A stretch of 64,000 nt of DNA, taken from positions 576,001 to 640,000 of the forward strand of contig CBDFGR010000003.1 of NCBI GenBank assembly GCA_965247115.1. Reading direction: 5' to 3'. The stretch comes from Myxococcota bacterium (GTDB taxonomy: Bacteria; Myxococcota_A; UBA9160; SZUA-336). The notes beneath the pieces are model-generated. The model made no database searches. It worked only from the letters and a program-made list of their open reading frames with translations, and was not told the DNA's origin. Positions within the stretch are counted from its first letter, which is position 1, and each line of letters opens with the position of its first letter. Below, piece after piece: positions 47,721-58,112 of the stretch. Position numbers and translations under genes: made by a program.

Positions 47721-50446
47721 CTCGTAGGAGTGACGGCCTGGGCGGACGCCAGTCGCGCGATCGGAACGCGGAAAGGCGAGCAGCTCACGTAGTCGAAGCC
47801 CGCGCGCTCGCAGAACTCGATCGTTCGCGGCTCCCCTCCATGCTCGCCGCAGATTCCAACCTTGAGGTCGGGCCGGGTCGCCCGTCCCTGTGCCAGGCCG
47901 TACTCGACGAGCGCGCCCACGCCCTCGACGTCGAGCGTGACAAAGGGATCCTCCGGCAAGAGGGCGCGATCCACGTAGATCGGCAGGAAGCGACTGGAGT
48001 CGTCCCGGGACAGGCCCAGCGTCATCTGGGTGAGATCGTTGGTACCAAACGAGAAGAACTCCGCCGAGTGGGCGATGGATCCCGCGACCAGCGCCGCGCG
48101 CGGCACCTCGATCATGGTGCCCACGCTGTAGCGGATACGGCGCCCGCGCTCCTTCAGCACGACAGCCGCAGTGGCATCGATGAGCTCCCGCAGGGCGGCC
48201 AGCTCGGCAGCCCCGGAGATGAGGGGCAGCATGATCTCGGGTCGGGTGCGGATGCGTTCTGCCGCGCAGTCACAGGCCGCCTCTACGATCGCGCGCGTCT
48301 GCATCTCGTAGATCTCCGGATAGGTAATGGCGAGCCGCGAGCCTCGGTGACCGAGCATCGGATTGAACTCGTGCAACGCCGCCACCTTGCGCTCCAAGTC
48401 TGCGACCGAGCTTCCGAGATCCGCCGCGAGCGTCGACATCTCGTCTTTCGTCTGCGGCAGGAACTCGTGGAGGGGCGGATCCAGCAGGCGAATCGTGACC
48501 GGGCGGCCTCCCATGGCCCGAAAAATCCCGAAGAAGTCGTCGCGTTGCATCGGCAGGATCTCGGCCAGCGCGTCGGCCCGCTCCTCGGCGGACTGGGAGA
48601 GGATCATGCGGCGCACCGCCAGGATCCTCTCCGACTGGAAGAACATGTGCTCCGTCCGGCACAGGCCGATCCCCTGAGCACCGAAGCGCACGGCCGCCTC
48701 TGCATCCGCCGGTGTGTCGGCGTTGGCTCGAACTTGCATGCGTCGGATACCGTCCGCCCAGCGGAGCAGGCGCTGGAACTCCACGCTCAGCTCGGCCTCC
48801 AGCGTCGGCACCTCCCCCTTGAAGATGTTGCCCGTCGATCCGTCCAGAGTGATCACGTCGGTCTCGGTCAGCTCGATGCCGCCCAGGATCGCGATCCGGC
48901 GCTCGATGTCGATCGAGAGCTCCGAGCAGCCGCTCACGCATGACTTACCCATGCCGCGTGCAACGACCGCCGCGTGCGAGGTCATCCCGCCCTGCGCCGT
49001 CAGGATGCCGCGCGCGGCGTGCATACCGTGGATGTCCTCGGGCGAAGTCTCTCGACGCACCAGGATGACATGCTCCCCGCTCTCCGCGGCATCCTTCGCG
49101 TCGTCGGAGCTGAAAACCAGGCGACCGCTTGCCGCACCGGGCGAGGCGGGCAAGCCGCGGCCGATGGGGGGAGGGGCTCCCCGTGAATCGAGGGTCGGGT
49201 GCAGGAGCTGCTCGAGCTGCTCGGGCTCCACGCGGCCCACCGCGGTGCGCTTATCGATCAGGCCCTCGCGGACCATGTCGACGGCGATCTTCACCGCTGC
49301 ACGGGCGGTGCGTTTTCCGCTTCGAGTCTGCAGCAGCCATAGCGTGCCGCGCTGGATGGTGAACTCGAGGTCCTGCATGTCCGTGTAATGGCGTTCCAGG
49401 AGCTTCGCCACGCGCCCGAACTCCCGGTAGGAACGCCCCATCGCCTCCTGAAGAGACGGTGGATCCCCCAGCTTGCTATCGCGCTTGGTAATGGGATGCG
49501 GCGTGCGGATACCCGCCACCACGTCCTCTCCCTGCGCGCGTGGCAGGTACTCTCCGAACAGGCGACGCGCCCCCGTCGACGGGTCGCGAGTGAAGGCAAC
49601 GCCGGTGGCAGAGTCCTCTCCAAGGTTGCCGAACACCATGGCTTGTACGTTGACCGCAGTTCCCCACTCATCGGGAATCCGATTGAGCTTGCGGTACGTG
49701 ACCGCGCGCTGGGTGTGCCAGGACTCGAACACGGCGGAGATCGCGCCCCACAGCTGGTCCATCGGGTCGGCCGGGAAGTCGCGCCCGGTCTCGCGCCGTA
49801 CGATCCGTTTGTACGCCGTGATCAGCTGCTCCAGATCAGCGCTGTCGAGCTCGGTATCCAGCTCCGCTCCGCTGACCTTCTTCCTTGCTTCGAGCTCGTC
49901 CTCGAAGAGCCCGTGCTCGACGCTGAGCACCACGTCGCCATACATCTGGATGAAGCGACGGTAGCTGTCGAGAGCAAAGCGACGATCCCCGCTCTCGCGA
50001 GCCAGGCCCTGCACCGTGAGATCGTTCAGGCCGAGGTTCAAGACGGTGTCCATCATGCCGGGCATGGAGACACGAGCCCCGGAGCGAACGGAGACGAGCA
50101 GCGGGTGTTCGGCGTCGCCGAAGCTGCCGCCCATCGCCTTCTCCACGCGGGACAACCCCTCGAGGACCTCCTTCTTGAGAGCGGCCGAGAGGGTGTGACC
50201 GGAACGGAAGAATTCCACGGAGACCGAGGTCGCGATTGTGAAGCCAGCGGGCACCGGAACGCCCAGCCGTGTCATCTCGGCCAGATTGGCGCCTTTTCCG
50301 CCCAGCAGATCTCGCTGAGACGCCCTCCCCTCCGCGCGACCTGCGCCGAAGAAGTAGACCCGTCTGTCGGCTTTCCGCCTGGCGGGCGCCGGGCGCTTGC
50401 GAGAGCCCTTCTTTCGGCCGGCACTCGCCTTCTTGCGTCTGGCCAA
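47717..50446 (-). CDS. ppdK: Pyruvate, phosphate dikinase
   Basis: LGGKGANLAEM, SVRSGARVSMPGMMDT, GGMTSHAAVVARGMG, GLCRTEHMF, SFGTNDLTQ, GICGEHGG; TTG after GGGAGG. Confidence 0.98.
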   Translation of the reverse strand: MARRKKASAGRKKGSRKRPAPARRKADRRVYFFGAGRAEGRASQRDLLGGKGANLAEMTRLGVPVPAGFTIATSVSVEFFRSGHTLSAALKKEVLEGLSRVEKAMGGSFGDAEHPLLVSVRSGARVSMPGMMDTVLNLGLNDLTVQGLARESGDRRFALDSYRRFIQMYGDVVLSVEHGLFEDELEARKKVSGAELDTELDSADLEQLITAYKRIVRRETGRDFPADPMDQLWGAISAVFESWHTQRAVTYRKLNRIPDEWGTAVNVQAMVFGNLGEDSATGVAFTRDPSTGARRLFGEYLPRAQGEDVVAGIRTPHPITKRDSKLGDPPSLQEAMGRSYREFGRVAKLLERHYTDMQDLEFTIQRGTLWLLQTRSGKRTARAAVKIAVDMVREGLIDKRTAVGRVEPEQLEQLLHPTLDSRGAPPPIGRGLPASPGAASGRLVFSSDDAKDAAESGEHVILVRRETSPEDIHGMHAARGILTAQGGMTSHAAVVARGMGKSCVSGCSELSIDIERRIAILGGIELTETDVITLDGSTGNIFKGEVPTLEAELSVEFQRLLRWADGIRRMQVRANADTPADAEAAVRFGAQGIGLCRTEHMFFQSERILAVRRMILSQSAEERADALAEILPMQRDDFFGIFRAMGGRPVTIRLLDPPLHEFLPQTKDEMSTLAADLGSSVADLERKVAALHEFNPMLGHRGSRLAITYPEIYEMQTRAIVEAACDCAAERIRTRPEIMLPLISGAAELAALRELIDATAAVVLKERGRRIRYSVGTMIEVPRAALVAGSIAHSAEFFSFGTNDLTQMTLGLSRDDSSRFLPIYVDRALLPEDPFVTLDVEGVGALVEYGLAQGRATRPDLKVGICGEHGGEPRTIEFCERAGFDYVSCSPFRVPIARLASAQAVTPTR

Positions 50447-50448
50447 GC

Positions 50449-51333
50449 CTACGACCTCCCTTGCGGATGCGGGCCGACCCACTCCGGACTCTGGTGTGCT
50501 CCCCCGCCCCCCTCCGAAGCGAGACTGGTCTGGGCGCGCGCAGTATCTCCGGGCCTCGCGCCGCCGTCAACCACTCTCGCCTCCTCGAGGACCTGTGCCA
50601 GAAAGCGGCCCGTACGCAGCTCGAAGCCGATGTGGAACTGAAAGAAGCGCCGCATCAGAAGCTCGGCCCGGCGCACGTCGGCCTCGCTGAGGCCCAGCAC
50701 GCCGCGCTCCTTGAGCGGAGTGCGGATCCCCCACTCCAGGGCGGTGAGCAGGTCCGTCGGAGCTCGGAGCACCTCGTCCGTACGACAGGTCGGGCACACC
50801 GCTCCACCCTGCCGGGGATCGAAGCCCACCTCGCCTCCGCCAGGGAGCTCGCTCCCGCACAGCGCGCAGCGCTCGAGCTGCGGACGATACCCCAGGCGAG
50901 CGAGGGTCTTCGCGAGCACCAGCACGGCCAGCAGCCGGTCCGCCTCAGACTCCGAAATCACGTCGAGCGCCCCGATCCCGAAGCGCAGCAGGTCGGACGC
51001 CGGCTCACGCTCCGCGGTCAAGCGGTCGAGCAGCTCGACCAGCTGGCAGGCGATCGCATAGCGCGGCAGCGAGTCGACGAGGCCTCCAAACGAGCCCACC
51101 AGCTTCGCGCTCTCCAGTCGCATGAGGGACGAGCGGGGCGGATCCACGATACGCACATCGAGCACACTGAACACCTCGAGCGTGCCAGGAAAGCGCCGCC
51201 TCGAGCGCCGTGCGCCCTTGGCAATCGCGGAGACACGTCCGAGCTCCTCCGTATACAGATGAACGAGGCGGTCGGACTCTCCGTGGTCGAAGGTCCGCAG
51301 GACCAGGGCGCGCGTTCGATACTCCAGGGGCAC
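50449..51333 (-). CDS. recO: DNA repair protein RecO
   Basis: ALVLRTFDHGESDRLV, IAKGARRSRRRF, CALC...CPTC. Confidence 0.95.
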   Translation of the reverse strand: MPLEYRTRALVLRTFDHGESDRLVHLYTEELGRVSAIAKGARRSRRRFPGTLEVFSVLDVRIVDPPRSSLMRLESAKLVGSFGGLVDSLPRYAIACQLVELLDRLTAEREPASDLLRFGIGALDVISESEADRLLAVLVLAKTLARLGYRPQLERCALCGSELPGGGEVGFDPRQGGAVCPTCRTDEVLRAPTDLLTALEWGIRTPLKERGVLGLSEADVRRAELLMRRFFQFHIGFELRTGRFLAQVLEEARVVDGGARPGDTARAQTSLASEGGGGAHQSPEWVGPHPQGRS

Positions 51334-51386
51334 CCGCAGATCGTCGCCCGTGGCTGCCCGACCTGCAATGCCCGCGTGCTAGAGCA

Positions 51387-52730
51387 TCACAGCAGCAGGG
51401 TGGCGATCAGACAGAAGCTCAGGATGCCCGCGACGTCGATCGAGGTCGTGACGAAGGGGCCGGAGGCCACGGCGGGATCGGCTCCAGCGCGACTCAGGAG
51501 TAGCGGGAGTAGCGTCCCGAGCGTCGCCGCGATGACCATGGAGGCGAAGATGCTGAGCCCGACGACGGCGGGGAAGCTCGAGGACCCATAGCCGAGCAGA
51601 ACGGCGAAGCCCGCCAGGCCCACGCCAAAGGTGAGGGCGAGCAGGAGGCTGGTCCCGACCTCCTGTGCGGCAATGCGCCCGACGGAGCGGAGCTGGAAGT
51701 GGCCGGTTGCGATACCGCGCACGACCACCATGGAGCACTGACTGCCGATGTTGCCTCCCATCGCCAGCACGATGGGCAGGAAGAACGCGATCTGGAGCGT
51801 CTGGCTGAGCAGGCCCTCGAAGCGCGCGAGCAGGTAAATGCCGAGGAAGCCGCCGATGAAGCTGGCACCGAGCCAGGGAAAGCGGATCCAGGCACCGCGC
51901 AGCACGCCGGGAAAGTGGATCTCCTCGGCGGTGGTTCCCGCGAGCTTGAGAATGTCCTCGGTGGCCTCGTCGCGGATGACGTCGATGACGTCGTCCACCG
52001 TCACGACGCCGACCAGCTGGTTTGCAGCATCGACGACAGGGATCGCGAGCAGGTCGTAGCGCGCGACGACCTGGGCCACCTCCTCCTGATCCGTCTCGGT
52101 GGTGACGCGGATCGGCTCTGCGACCATCAGGTCGCGCAGCTGCTTGTCGGGTGGCTGCACGATCAGCTGACGCAGGGACAGCACCCCGACCAGGTGACCA
52201 CGGTCGTCGACCACGTAGACGTAGAAGCTGGCCTCGTGGTCGCCGTGCCGCTGCAGCCGCTCGATGGCCTCCTTGACCGAGATCGTCTCGGGCAGGGCGA
52301 AGTACTCCGGTGACATGATCGAGCCGGCGGAGTCGGCCGGGTGCCCCAGGAGCACCTCGATGTCCTCCGAGAGCTCGCCGAGACAGGCGAGAATCTCGTC
52401 GGCCGCCTCGCGGGGCAGCTCGCGAAGCAGCTCCGCCGCATCGTCGGGCGGCATGGGCTTCACCAGCTCCGCCGCGACAGCGGCGTCGAGGTCCGCCATC
52501 AGCTCGGCCCGCGCCGGCACCTCGAGCAGGGCGAGCACGTCGGCGCGGATCTCGTTCCCGCGAATCAGATCGAAGACGGCGCGCCGGTCCGCGCTCATCA
52601 GCTGATCCAGCACGCGGGCGATGTCCGCCGGGTGGCTCTTGGCCAGCAGGCGGCCAGCGTGTCCCCATGCGCCACGGCGCACGAGCCGGAGCAGGCTGGC
52701 CTGCAGCACGCTGCCTCGTCGATCGGTCAT
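51387..52730 (-). CDS. mgtE: Magnesium transporter MgtE
   Basis: HPADIA, CBS pair, MGGNIGSQ, DPAVASGPFVTTSID. Confidence 0.96.
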   Translation of the reverse strand: MTDRRGSVLQASLLRLVRRGAWGHAGRLLAKSHPADIARVLDQLMSADRRAVFDLIRGNEIRADVLALLEVPARAELMADLDAAVAAELVKPMPPDDAAELLRELPREAADEILACLGELSEDIEVLLGHPADSAGSIMSPEYFALPETISVKEAIERLQRHGDHEASFYVYVVDDRGHLVGVLSLRQLIVQPPDKQLRDLMVAEPIRVTTETDQEEVAQVVARYDLLAIPVVDAANQLVGVVTVDDVIDVIRDEATEDILKLAGTTAEEIHFPGVLRGAWIRFPWLGASFIGGFLGIYLLARFEGLLSQTLQIAFFLPIVLAMGGNIGSQCSMVVVRGIATGHFQLRSVGRIAAQEVGTSLLLALTFGVGLAGFAVLLGYGSSSFPAVVGLSIFASMVIAATLGTLLPLLLSRAGADPAVASGPFVTTSIDVAGILSFCLIATLLL

Positions 52731-52833
52731 AAGCTTCTGCCGAATCCAGGGCCCGCGATCGTCCGCGGGGCCGTGAACTTCGCTCAGCCAGGCGCTGCCG
52801 ACAAGCCGACCCGGGAGACTAGCTCCGCCGGGA

Positions 52834-53619
52834 CTATTCGAGGAGCCGCAGGTACTCCTTCGACTTGCGCCCCCACTCGCCCTTGCCGCCGCGGTCTGCG
52901 GCGACGCGCAGGTGCTCGATCGCGTGGGCCAGCTGGCCCAGCTTTACGTGGGCCCGAGCCATGCGGAAGCGGGCCTCGATCTCGATGGTCCGTGCGCCCT
53001 GCATGGGCCGATCCCTGGCGATCTCCACGGTGCGGCGGAAGTAGCGGAGGGCCTCGACCAAATCGCCCAGCTCGTAGAGCACGATCCCCAGATCCAGATG
53101 GGCCTCGAGGTTGCCGGCCTCCAGGCTCACGGCCTGCACGAAGGCGTCCTTTGCGAGGTTCAGGTTCCCGGACTTGTAGTGAGCCCAGCCCATGTTGACC
53201 AGCGCGCGAGACGGGCCAATGAAGGTCGGGTCGTCGAGCAGCTTCCGGTTCTCGACGATGGCCTCCGCCCAGTTCTCTCGCTGGAGGAGCACTGCCCCCA
53301 GGTTGAGCCGCGCCTCCTGGTGGCCCGGCTCCAGCCGCAACGCCTCACGAAGCTGCGCCTCCGCGTCGCCAAAGAGTCCCTTGATCCGGTAGGCCTCGGC
53401 CAGCCCGAAGTAGGTCTCTGGATCCGCCGGATGAAGCTGCAGCGAGCGTCGGTATTCGCGAATCGCGAGCTCGTACTGGCCCTTCGACAGCTTGATGTCG
53501 CCTAGACGTCGCAGCATGTCGGCTCTCGAGAGGTCCTCTGGGCTCCGGCTGGTGGCGCAGCCTGAGAGCGCGAGACACGCGACGCCGAACACGGCGATGA
53601 ATCGGAGCCTGGGCTTCAT
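52834..53619 (-). CDS. TPR lipoprotein, Tgl/PilF type IV pilus pilotin-like
   Basis: LALSGC lipobox; TPR repeats (EARLNLG, LDDPTF, ALVNMGW); near recO. Confidence 0.8.
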   Translation of the reverse strand: MKPRLRFIAVFGVACLALSGCATSRSPEDLSRADMLRRLGDIKLSKGQYELAIREYRRSLQLHPADPETYFGLAEAYRIKGLFGDAEAQLREALRLEPGHQEARLNLGAVLLQRENWAEAIVENRKLLDDPTFIGPSRALVNMGWAHYKSGNLNLAKDAFVQAVSLEAGNLEAHLDLGIVLYELGDLVEALRYFRRTVEIARDRPMQGARTIEIEARFRMARAHVKLGQLAHAIEHLRVAADRGGKGEWGRKSKEYLRLLE

Positions 53620-53630
53620 GTGGAATCTCC

Positions 53631-54890
53631 TCAGAAAAATGAAAGCAGGCGACCCAGCGAGGAGATCTGGCGTCGATCGCCTCCCTCCCTGCGGATGAGG
53701 TCGACCTTCCCGAGCACTGCGCCAGGCCTCGCAGTCGCGAAGCCACCCTTGCCCCCGATCTCTGCCTCGATGGTCTCCTCGTCAGAGAATTCGAGCATCG
53801 GCTCTCCGTGGAGCTGTTCCAGGTCATCGATCTCTGCAGGCTCCACATCAACCACTTCGGAGTCCGCGCTCTCGGCGAACTCGAAGACGTTTGGCTCCGA
53901 GACCGGAGACACGAGGTCCGTTTCCTCGCTGGCTGGCACCGGGACGTTCAGATCGAGCGAAACCGGCGTATCGTCATTGAAGAGGTCGACCGGCTCGAGT
54001 ACGACGGACTCGAGCGAGAGCACTTCCTCCGCCGCGGCCTCGACTGGTTGCCCGGTCTCGACCGGCGTTCCCAGCTCCATGGCCTCGATCACGAAGGGCT
54101 CGGACTCGACCGTACCCTCCTCGGACCCGGACGCCCAGGAGCTGGCGCTCATCGGCTCTAGCACCATGGGCTCCTCGGCCGCCGTGCCCGGTTGCTCCGG
54201 CTCGATCAGTGGAGCCGAGGGGGTCGGTGCCGTCGGTGCATCGGCCTCCGCAAAGAGAGCCTCCAACGTGATCTCTTCCGGAGGCTCCACGTCCACCGGC
54301 GACACGATCTCCTCCACCGGCTCCAGCAGGGGCGAGTCGGATTCGATCGGACTTCCGAAGCGCTCGGTGCTGTCTCCATCGGGGTACACGTCGACGGGCT
54401 CCAGGAGAATTGCCTCTTCGTCGTTCGACGCCTCGACTGCTGGGGCCGCGCCGACGGGTGCCGCTACAGCTGCATCGTTCTCCAGGGCGGCGAGTGGCTG
54501 CTCGGGCGCGGAGGACAGACGGACCTTTCGGATCAGGTTCCAGTTGAGCAGCCGCTTCGCGCGCCCTGCGTCATCGAGCTCCTGAAAACGGAAATCATCC
54601 ATGCTGAAGCCCATGGCACCCGCAAAGCGCAGGGCCTCCGCCTGAGCCAGCGCAAGCATGGACTCGTCAGTGAGCGGCTCGGAATACATGTACCGCTCGA
54701 CGTGCGGGGGCTCGATGAAGCGGATCAGGACGGCTACGAAGCCGCGCGACCCGTTCCACACGCTCGAGACTCCGGCTACTGCGGATCCCGAGTGATCATC
54801 GATCTGGATGTCCTCGGGACGACTGGAGAAGGAGAGTCCACGCAGCAAGTCGGCGCGTAGCGCCGTCGGACCATCCTCCTTCCTGAACAT
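53631..54890 (-). CDS. Tgl-locus associated hypothetical protein with a long acidic linker
   Basis: AEALRFAGAMGFSMDD domain, E/P-rich linker, terminal LGRLLSFF. Confidence 0.75.
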   Translation of the reverse strand: MFRKEDGPTALRADLLRGLSFSSRPEDIQIDDHSGSAVAGVSSVWNGSRGFVAVLIRFIEPPHVERYMYSEPLTDESMLALAQAEALRFAGAMGFSMDDFRFQELDDAGRAKRLLNWNLIRKVRLSSAPEQPLAALENDAAVAAPVGAAPAVEASNDEEAILLEPVDVYPDGDSTERFGSPIESDSPLLEPVEEIVSPVDVEPPEEITLEALFAEADAPTAPTPSAPLIEPEQPGTAAEEPMVLEPMSASSWASGSEEGTVESEPFVIEAMELGTPVETGQPVEAAAEEVLSLESVVLEPVDLFNDDTPVSLDLNVPVPASEETDLVSPVSEPNVFEFAESADSEVVDVEPAEIDDLEQLHGEPMLEFSDEETIEAEIGGKGGFATARPGAVLGKVDLIRREGGDRRQISSLGRLLSFF

Positions 54891-54984
54891 CCGGCCCCCC
54901 GGTGGCGACCCGCCGGGAGGCAGAGCCGCGCAAAGGGGAGTATCGGAGCGATCCGGGAGGACTTGAGCCAGCAGCTGCGTACTT

Positions 54985-55138
54985 GTGGGACCCGGCGCGC
55001 GGGCGGCCGCGCGCCACCCACCTTCGCTCAGGCCTGCGGCCTTCGCTGCGCGCGCCGCGGCCGCGGCGCTTGCTGTGGGACCCGGCGCGCGGGCGGCCGC
55101 GCGCCACCCGCCTTCGCTCAGGCCTACGGCCTTCGCTG
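54985..55138 (+). repeat. REP-like repeat, tandem copies C (54985-55073) and D (55075-55138, partial)
   Basis: GTGGGACCCGGCGCGCGGGCGGCCGCGCGCCACCC... twice. Confidence 0.95.
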
Positions 55139-55160
55139 GCGGTTGTTGTGGGGGGTGGGG

Positions 55161-56063
55161 TTAGAAGTGCGTGAGGGAGCGGAACTCTGCGTAGCGGTCG
55201 TCGACTTCGGCGCGGGTTAGGGGGCGTAGGCGGTCTAGGCTGAAGCGCTCGACGCAGAAGGATGCGAGGGTGGAGCCGTAGATGATGGCGCGGCGTAGGG
55301 ATTGCGGGTCGCTGGGATCTGAGCCGGCGAGGGCGCCCATGAAGCCTCCGGCGAAGCTGTCGCCTGCGCCGGTGGGGTCCTGGACCTCCCGCAGAGGGAA
55401 GGCGGGGGCGGCGAAGATGCCGTCTGTGTCGAACAGCAGTGCGCCGTGCTCGCCCCGTTTGATGACGACTGTGGTGGGGCCCAGCTCCCGGATTTTCTCT
55501 GCAGCCCGAACCAGGTTGGACTCACCCGTCAGCTGCTGGGCCTCCTCGTCGTTGATGATCAAGCCATCGACGCGCGCGAGCGTCTGACGCAGCTCTGCGG
55601 AGGTTCCCTCGATCCAGAAGTTCATCGTATCCATCGCGACGAACCGCGGAGACCTGGTCTGCTCGAGCACGGTCAGCTGCAACGAGGGGTGGATGTTCGC
55701 CAGAAAGACGAGTTCCGAATCCCGGTACGCCTCTGGCAGCTTCGGCTCGAAGTTCTCGAACACACCGAGCTCGGTGAAGAGCGTGTCGCGCCGGTTCATC
55801 GACGCGTGGTACCGCCCTCCCCAGCGAAACGTCGGCCCATCCGCCCGCTGGATGCCCTGGATGTCGATGCCCTTGGCGCTCAGAAAGTCGAGGTGCTCCT
55901 GCGGGAAGTCCGTTCCCGCAACGCCGACGGCCCGAACCCGGGCAAAGAAGCTGGATGCGACGGCGAAATAGCAGGCTGCCCCGCCCAGTACCGCCTTCGC
56001 GTTTCCGGTCGGCGCCTCGATGTCATCGAGCGCCACCGAACCGACGACCAGGACGTTCGACAC
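55161..56063 (-). CDS. PfkB-family carbohydrate/nucleoside kinase
   Basis: VVGSVALD, LGGAA, INDEEA, KRGEHG, DPTGAGDSFAGG. Confidence 0.95.
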   Translation of the reverse strand: MSNVLVVGSVALDDIEAPTGNAKAVLGGAACYFAVASSFFARVRAVGVAGTDFPQEHLDFLSAKGIDIQGIQRADGPTFRWGGRYHASMNRRDTLFTELGVFENFEPKLPEAYRDSELVFLANIHPSLQLTVLEQTRSPRFVAMDTMNFWIEGTSAELRQTLARVDGLIINDEEAQQLTGESNLVRAAEKIRELGPTTVVIKRGEHGALLFDTDGIFAAPAFPLREVQDPTGAGDSFAGGFMGALAGSDPSDPQSLRRAIIYGSTLASFCVERFSLDRLRPLTRAEVDDRYAEFRSLTHF

Positions 56064-56942
56064 TCAGCTCACGCCCGGCGCGGCCTGCCTCAGCGTCTCA
56101 CCGATCTGTGCCGGAGATTCCGCGATCGGGATGCCGACCTTCTCGAGCACGCGCTTCTTCTCCTCCGCCGTTCCGCGCCCCCCGGAGATGATCGCTCCAG
56201 CGTGCCCCATGCGCTTGCCGGGCGGTGCGGTGGCGCCGGCGACGAAGCAGACGACAGGCTTGGTCATCTCGCTCTGCACGAACTCCGCGGCCTCCTCTTC
56301 GGCCGTACCGCCGATCTCTCCAATCATCACCACGGCCTTCGTCTGCTCATCAGCCTGAAACAGCGCGAGGGTGTCGACAAAGCTCATGCCGGGGATGGGA
56401 TCCCCGCCGATGCCCACGCAGGTCGTCTGACCGATGTCGAGGCGCGTGAGCTGGTCGACGGCCTCGTACGTGAGCGTGCCCGAACGGGACACCACACCGA
56501 CGCTGCCGGGCTTGAAGATCGAGTAGGGGGCAATCCCAATGCGGACCCTCTGCACCGGATCCAGGAGCCCGGGACAGTTCGGTCCGATCAGACGGGCCTC
56601 CGAGTCCCGCATCATGGCGCGCACGCGCAACATATCGCGAACCGGCACGTGCTCGGTGATTGCACAGATCAGCTTGATCCCCGCGTCGATGGCCTCGAGG
56701 ATCGCGTCCGCAGCGCCCGCCGGGGGCACGAAGAGCGCCGAGGCGTTGGCCCCCGTCTCCCTCACCGCGTCGCGGCAGGCGTGGAAGACGGGCAGGCCGC
56801 AGAGCTCTTGACCGCCCCTGCCCGGGGTCACTCCAGCAACGACCTTTGTACCGTACTCGAGCGACAGCGTAGTGTGTTGCTGGCCCACCCGGCCCATGCC
56901 CTGGATCAGAACCCGCGTATTCGCGTCGACCAGGATACTCAC
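56064..56942 (-). CDS. sucD: Succinyl-CoA synthetase alpha subunit
   Basis: IGPNCPG, SRSGTLTYE, GIGGD, KRMGHAGAII. Confidence 0.98.
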   Translation of the reverse strand: MSILVDANTRVLIQGMGRVGQQHTTLSLEYGTKVVAGVTPGRGGQELCGLPVFHACRDAVRETGANASALFVPPAGAADAILEAIDAGIKLICAITEHVPVRDMLRVRAMMRDSEARLIGPNCPGLLDPVQRVRIGIAPYSIFKPGSVGVVSRSGTLTYEAVDQLTRLDIGQTTCVGIGGDPIPGMSFVDTLALFQADEQTKAVVMIGEIGGTAEEEAAEFVQSEMTKPVVCFVAGATAPPGKRMGHAGAIISGGRGTAEEKKRVLEKVGIPIAESPAQIGETLRQAAPGVS

Positions 56943-58096
56943 TGGCTCACCGCCTCCATGATCTTCTCCGCGGCATCTCGCATACCGTCCGCTGGCGTGA
57001 TGCCGAGTCCCGCGTTCGCGAGCATCTCACGAGCCTTCTCGGCGTTCGTCCCGTCGACTCGTACGACCAGCGGGACCACCACGTTGAGGTTCTTCGCAGC
57101 CTGAATGATGCCCTCGGCGACCAGATCACAGAGCACGATCCCACCGAAGATGTTGACGAGGATTCCCTCCACGTTCCCGTCAGAGAGAATCAGGCGAAAC
57201 GCCTCGCTGACTCGCTCGACGTCGGCGCTGCCTCCAATGTCGAGAAAGTTCGCCGGCTCCCCACCCTGTTGCTTGATGATATCCATGGTCGCCATCGCCA
57301 GTCCGGCGCCGTTCACCATGCAGCCGATGTTCCCGGAGAGCGACACCCATGACAGATCGTGCTCGGCGGCCTGACGCTCTCGCTCGTCCTCCTCGTCTGG
57401 ATCGCGCAGCGCCTCGATGTCGGGGTGACGGCGAAGAGCGTTGTCATCGAAGTTGAGCTTGCAGTCGAGCGGGATCACGTCTTCGCCCGAGAGGATCAGC
57501 GGGTTGATCTCGGCGAGCGAGCAGTCCGTGTCGACGAACAGGCGGTACAGCTTGGTCAGCAGGCCGATGAACTTGGCGACGTGACCCGGCGAGAGTCCGA
57601 GATCCAGGCCGAGGTTCCGCGCCTGGTAGTCGCAGATGCCCGCGAGGGGGTCGACTTGCACCGTCAGGATCTTCTCGGGGGACTCCCCCGCGACCTGCTC
57701 GATCTCCACGCCACCCTCGGTGGAGGCGAGGACGGCGACGTTCTGCGTCGCGCGATCGACGAGAATCGCGAGGTAGAGCTCGTCGTCGATCTCGCTGAGC
57801 GCCTCTACGTACACCTTCTGCACCTTCTTGCCATCGGGCCCCGTCTGCGGGGTGACGAGCTGCATCCCGAGCATGTCCTCTGCGATCTGGCGCGCATCCC
57901 CAGTCGATCGGGCCACGCGGATACCGCCTCCTTTGCCCCGCCCGCCTGCGTGAATCTGAGCCTTGATGACGACCTCTCCCCCGACGTCCGTGGCCGCTTC
58001 CTCTGCCGCGTCCGGCGAGCTCGCGGCCCTACCCGGCGGCACCTCGATGCCGAACTCTCGCAATAGCGCCTTGGCCTGGTACTCGTGGACATTCAT
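56939..58096 (-). CDS. sucC: Succinyl-CoA synthetase beta subunit
   Basis: MNVHEYQAK, KAQIHAGGRGK, EINPL, NGAGLAMATMD, NIFGGI. Confidence 0.98.
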   Translation of the reverse strand: MNVHEYQAKALLREFGIEVPPGRAASSPDAAEEAATDVGGEVVIKAQIHAGGRGKGGGIRVARSTGDARQIAEDMLGMQLVTPQTGPDGKKVQKVYVEALSEIDDELYLAILVDRATQNVAVLASTEGGVEIEQVAGESPEKILTVQVDPLAGICDYQARNLGLDLGLSPGHVAKFIGLLTKLYRLFVDTDCSLAEINPLILSGEDVIPLDCKLNFDDNALRRHPDIEALRDPDEEDERERQAAEHDLSWVSLSGNIGCMVNGAGLAMATMDIIKQQGGEPANFLDIGGSADVERVSEAFRLILSDGNVEGILVNIFGGIVLCDLVAEGIIQAAKNLNVVVPLVVRVDGTNAEKAREMLANAGLGITPADGMRDAAEKIMEAVSQ

Positions 58097-58112
58097 CTGT
58101 TTGCGACGCCCT

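Noticed and set aside
54985..55138. Tandem repeats as a CRISPR array
   Set aside because: Units are about 89 bp with no unique spacers, copies are dispersed elsewhere in the window, and no cas genes are present.
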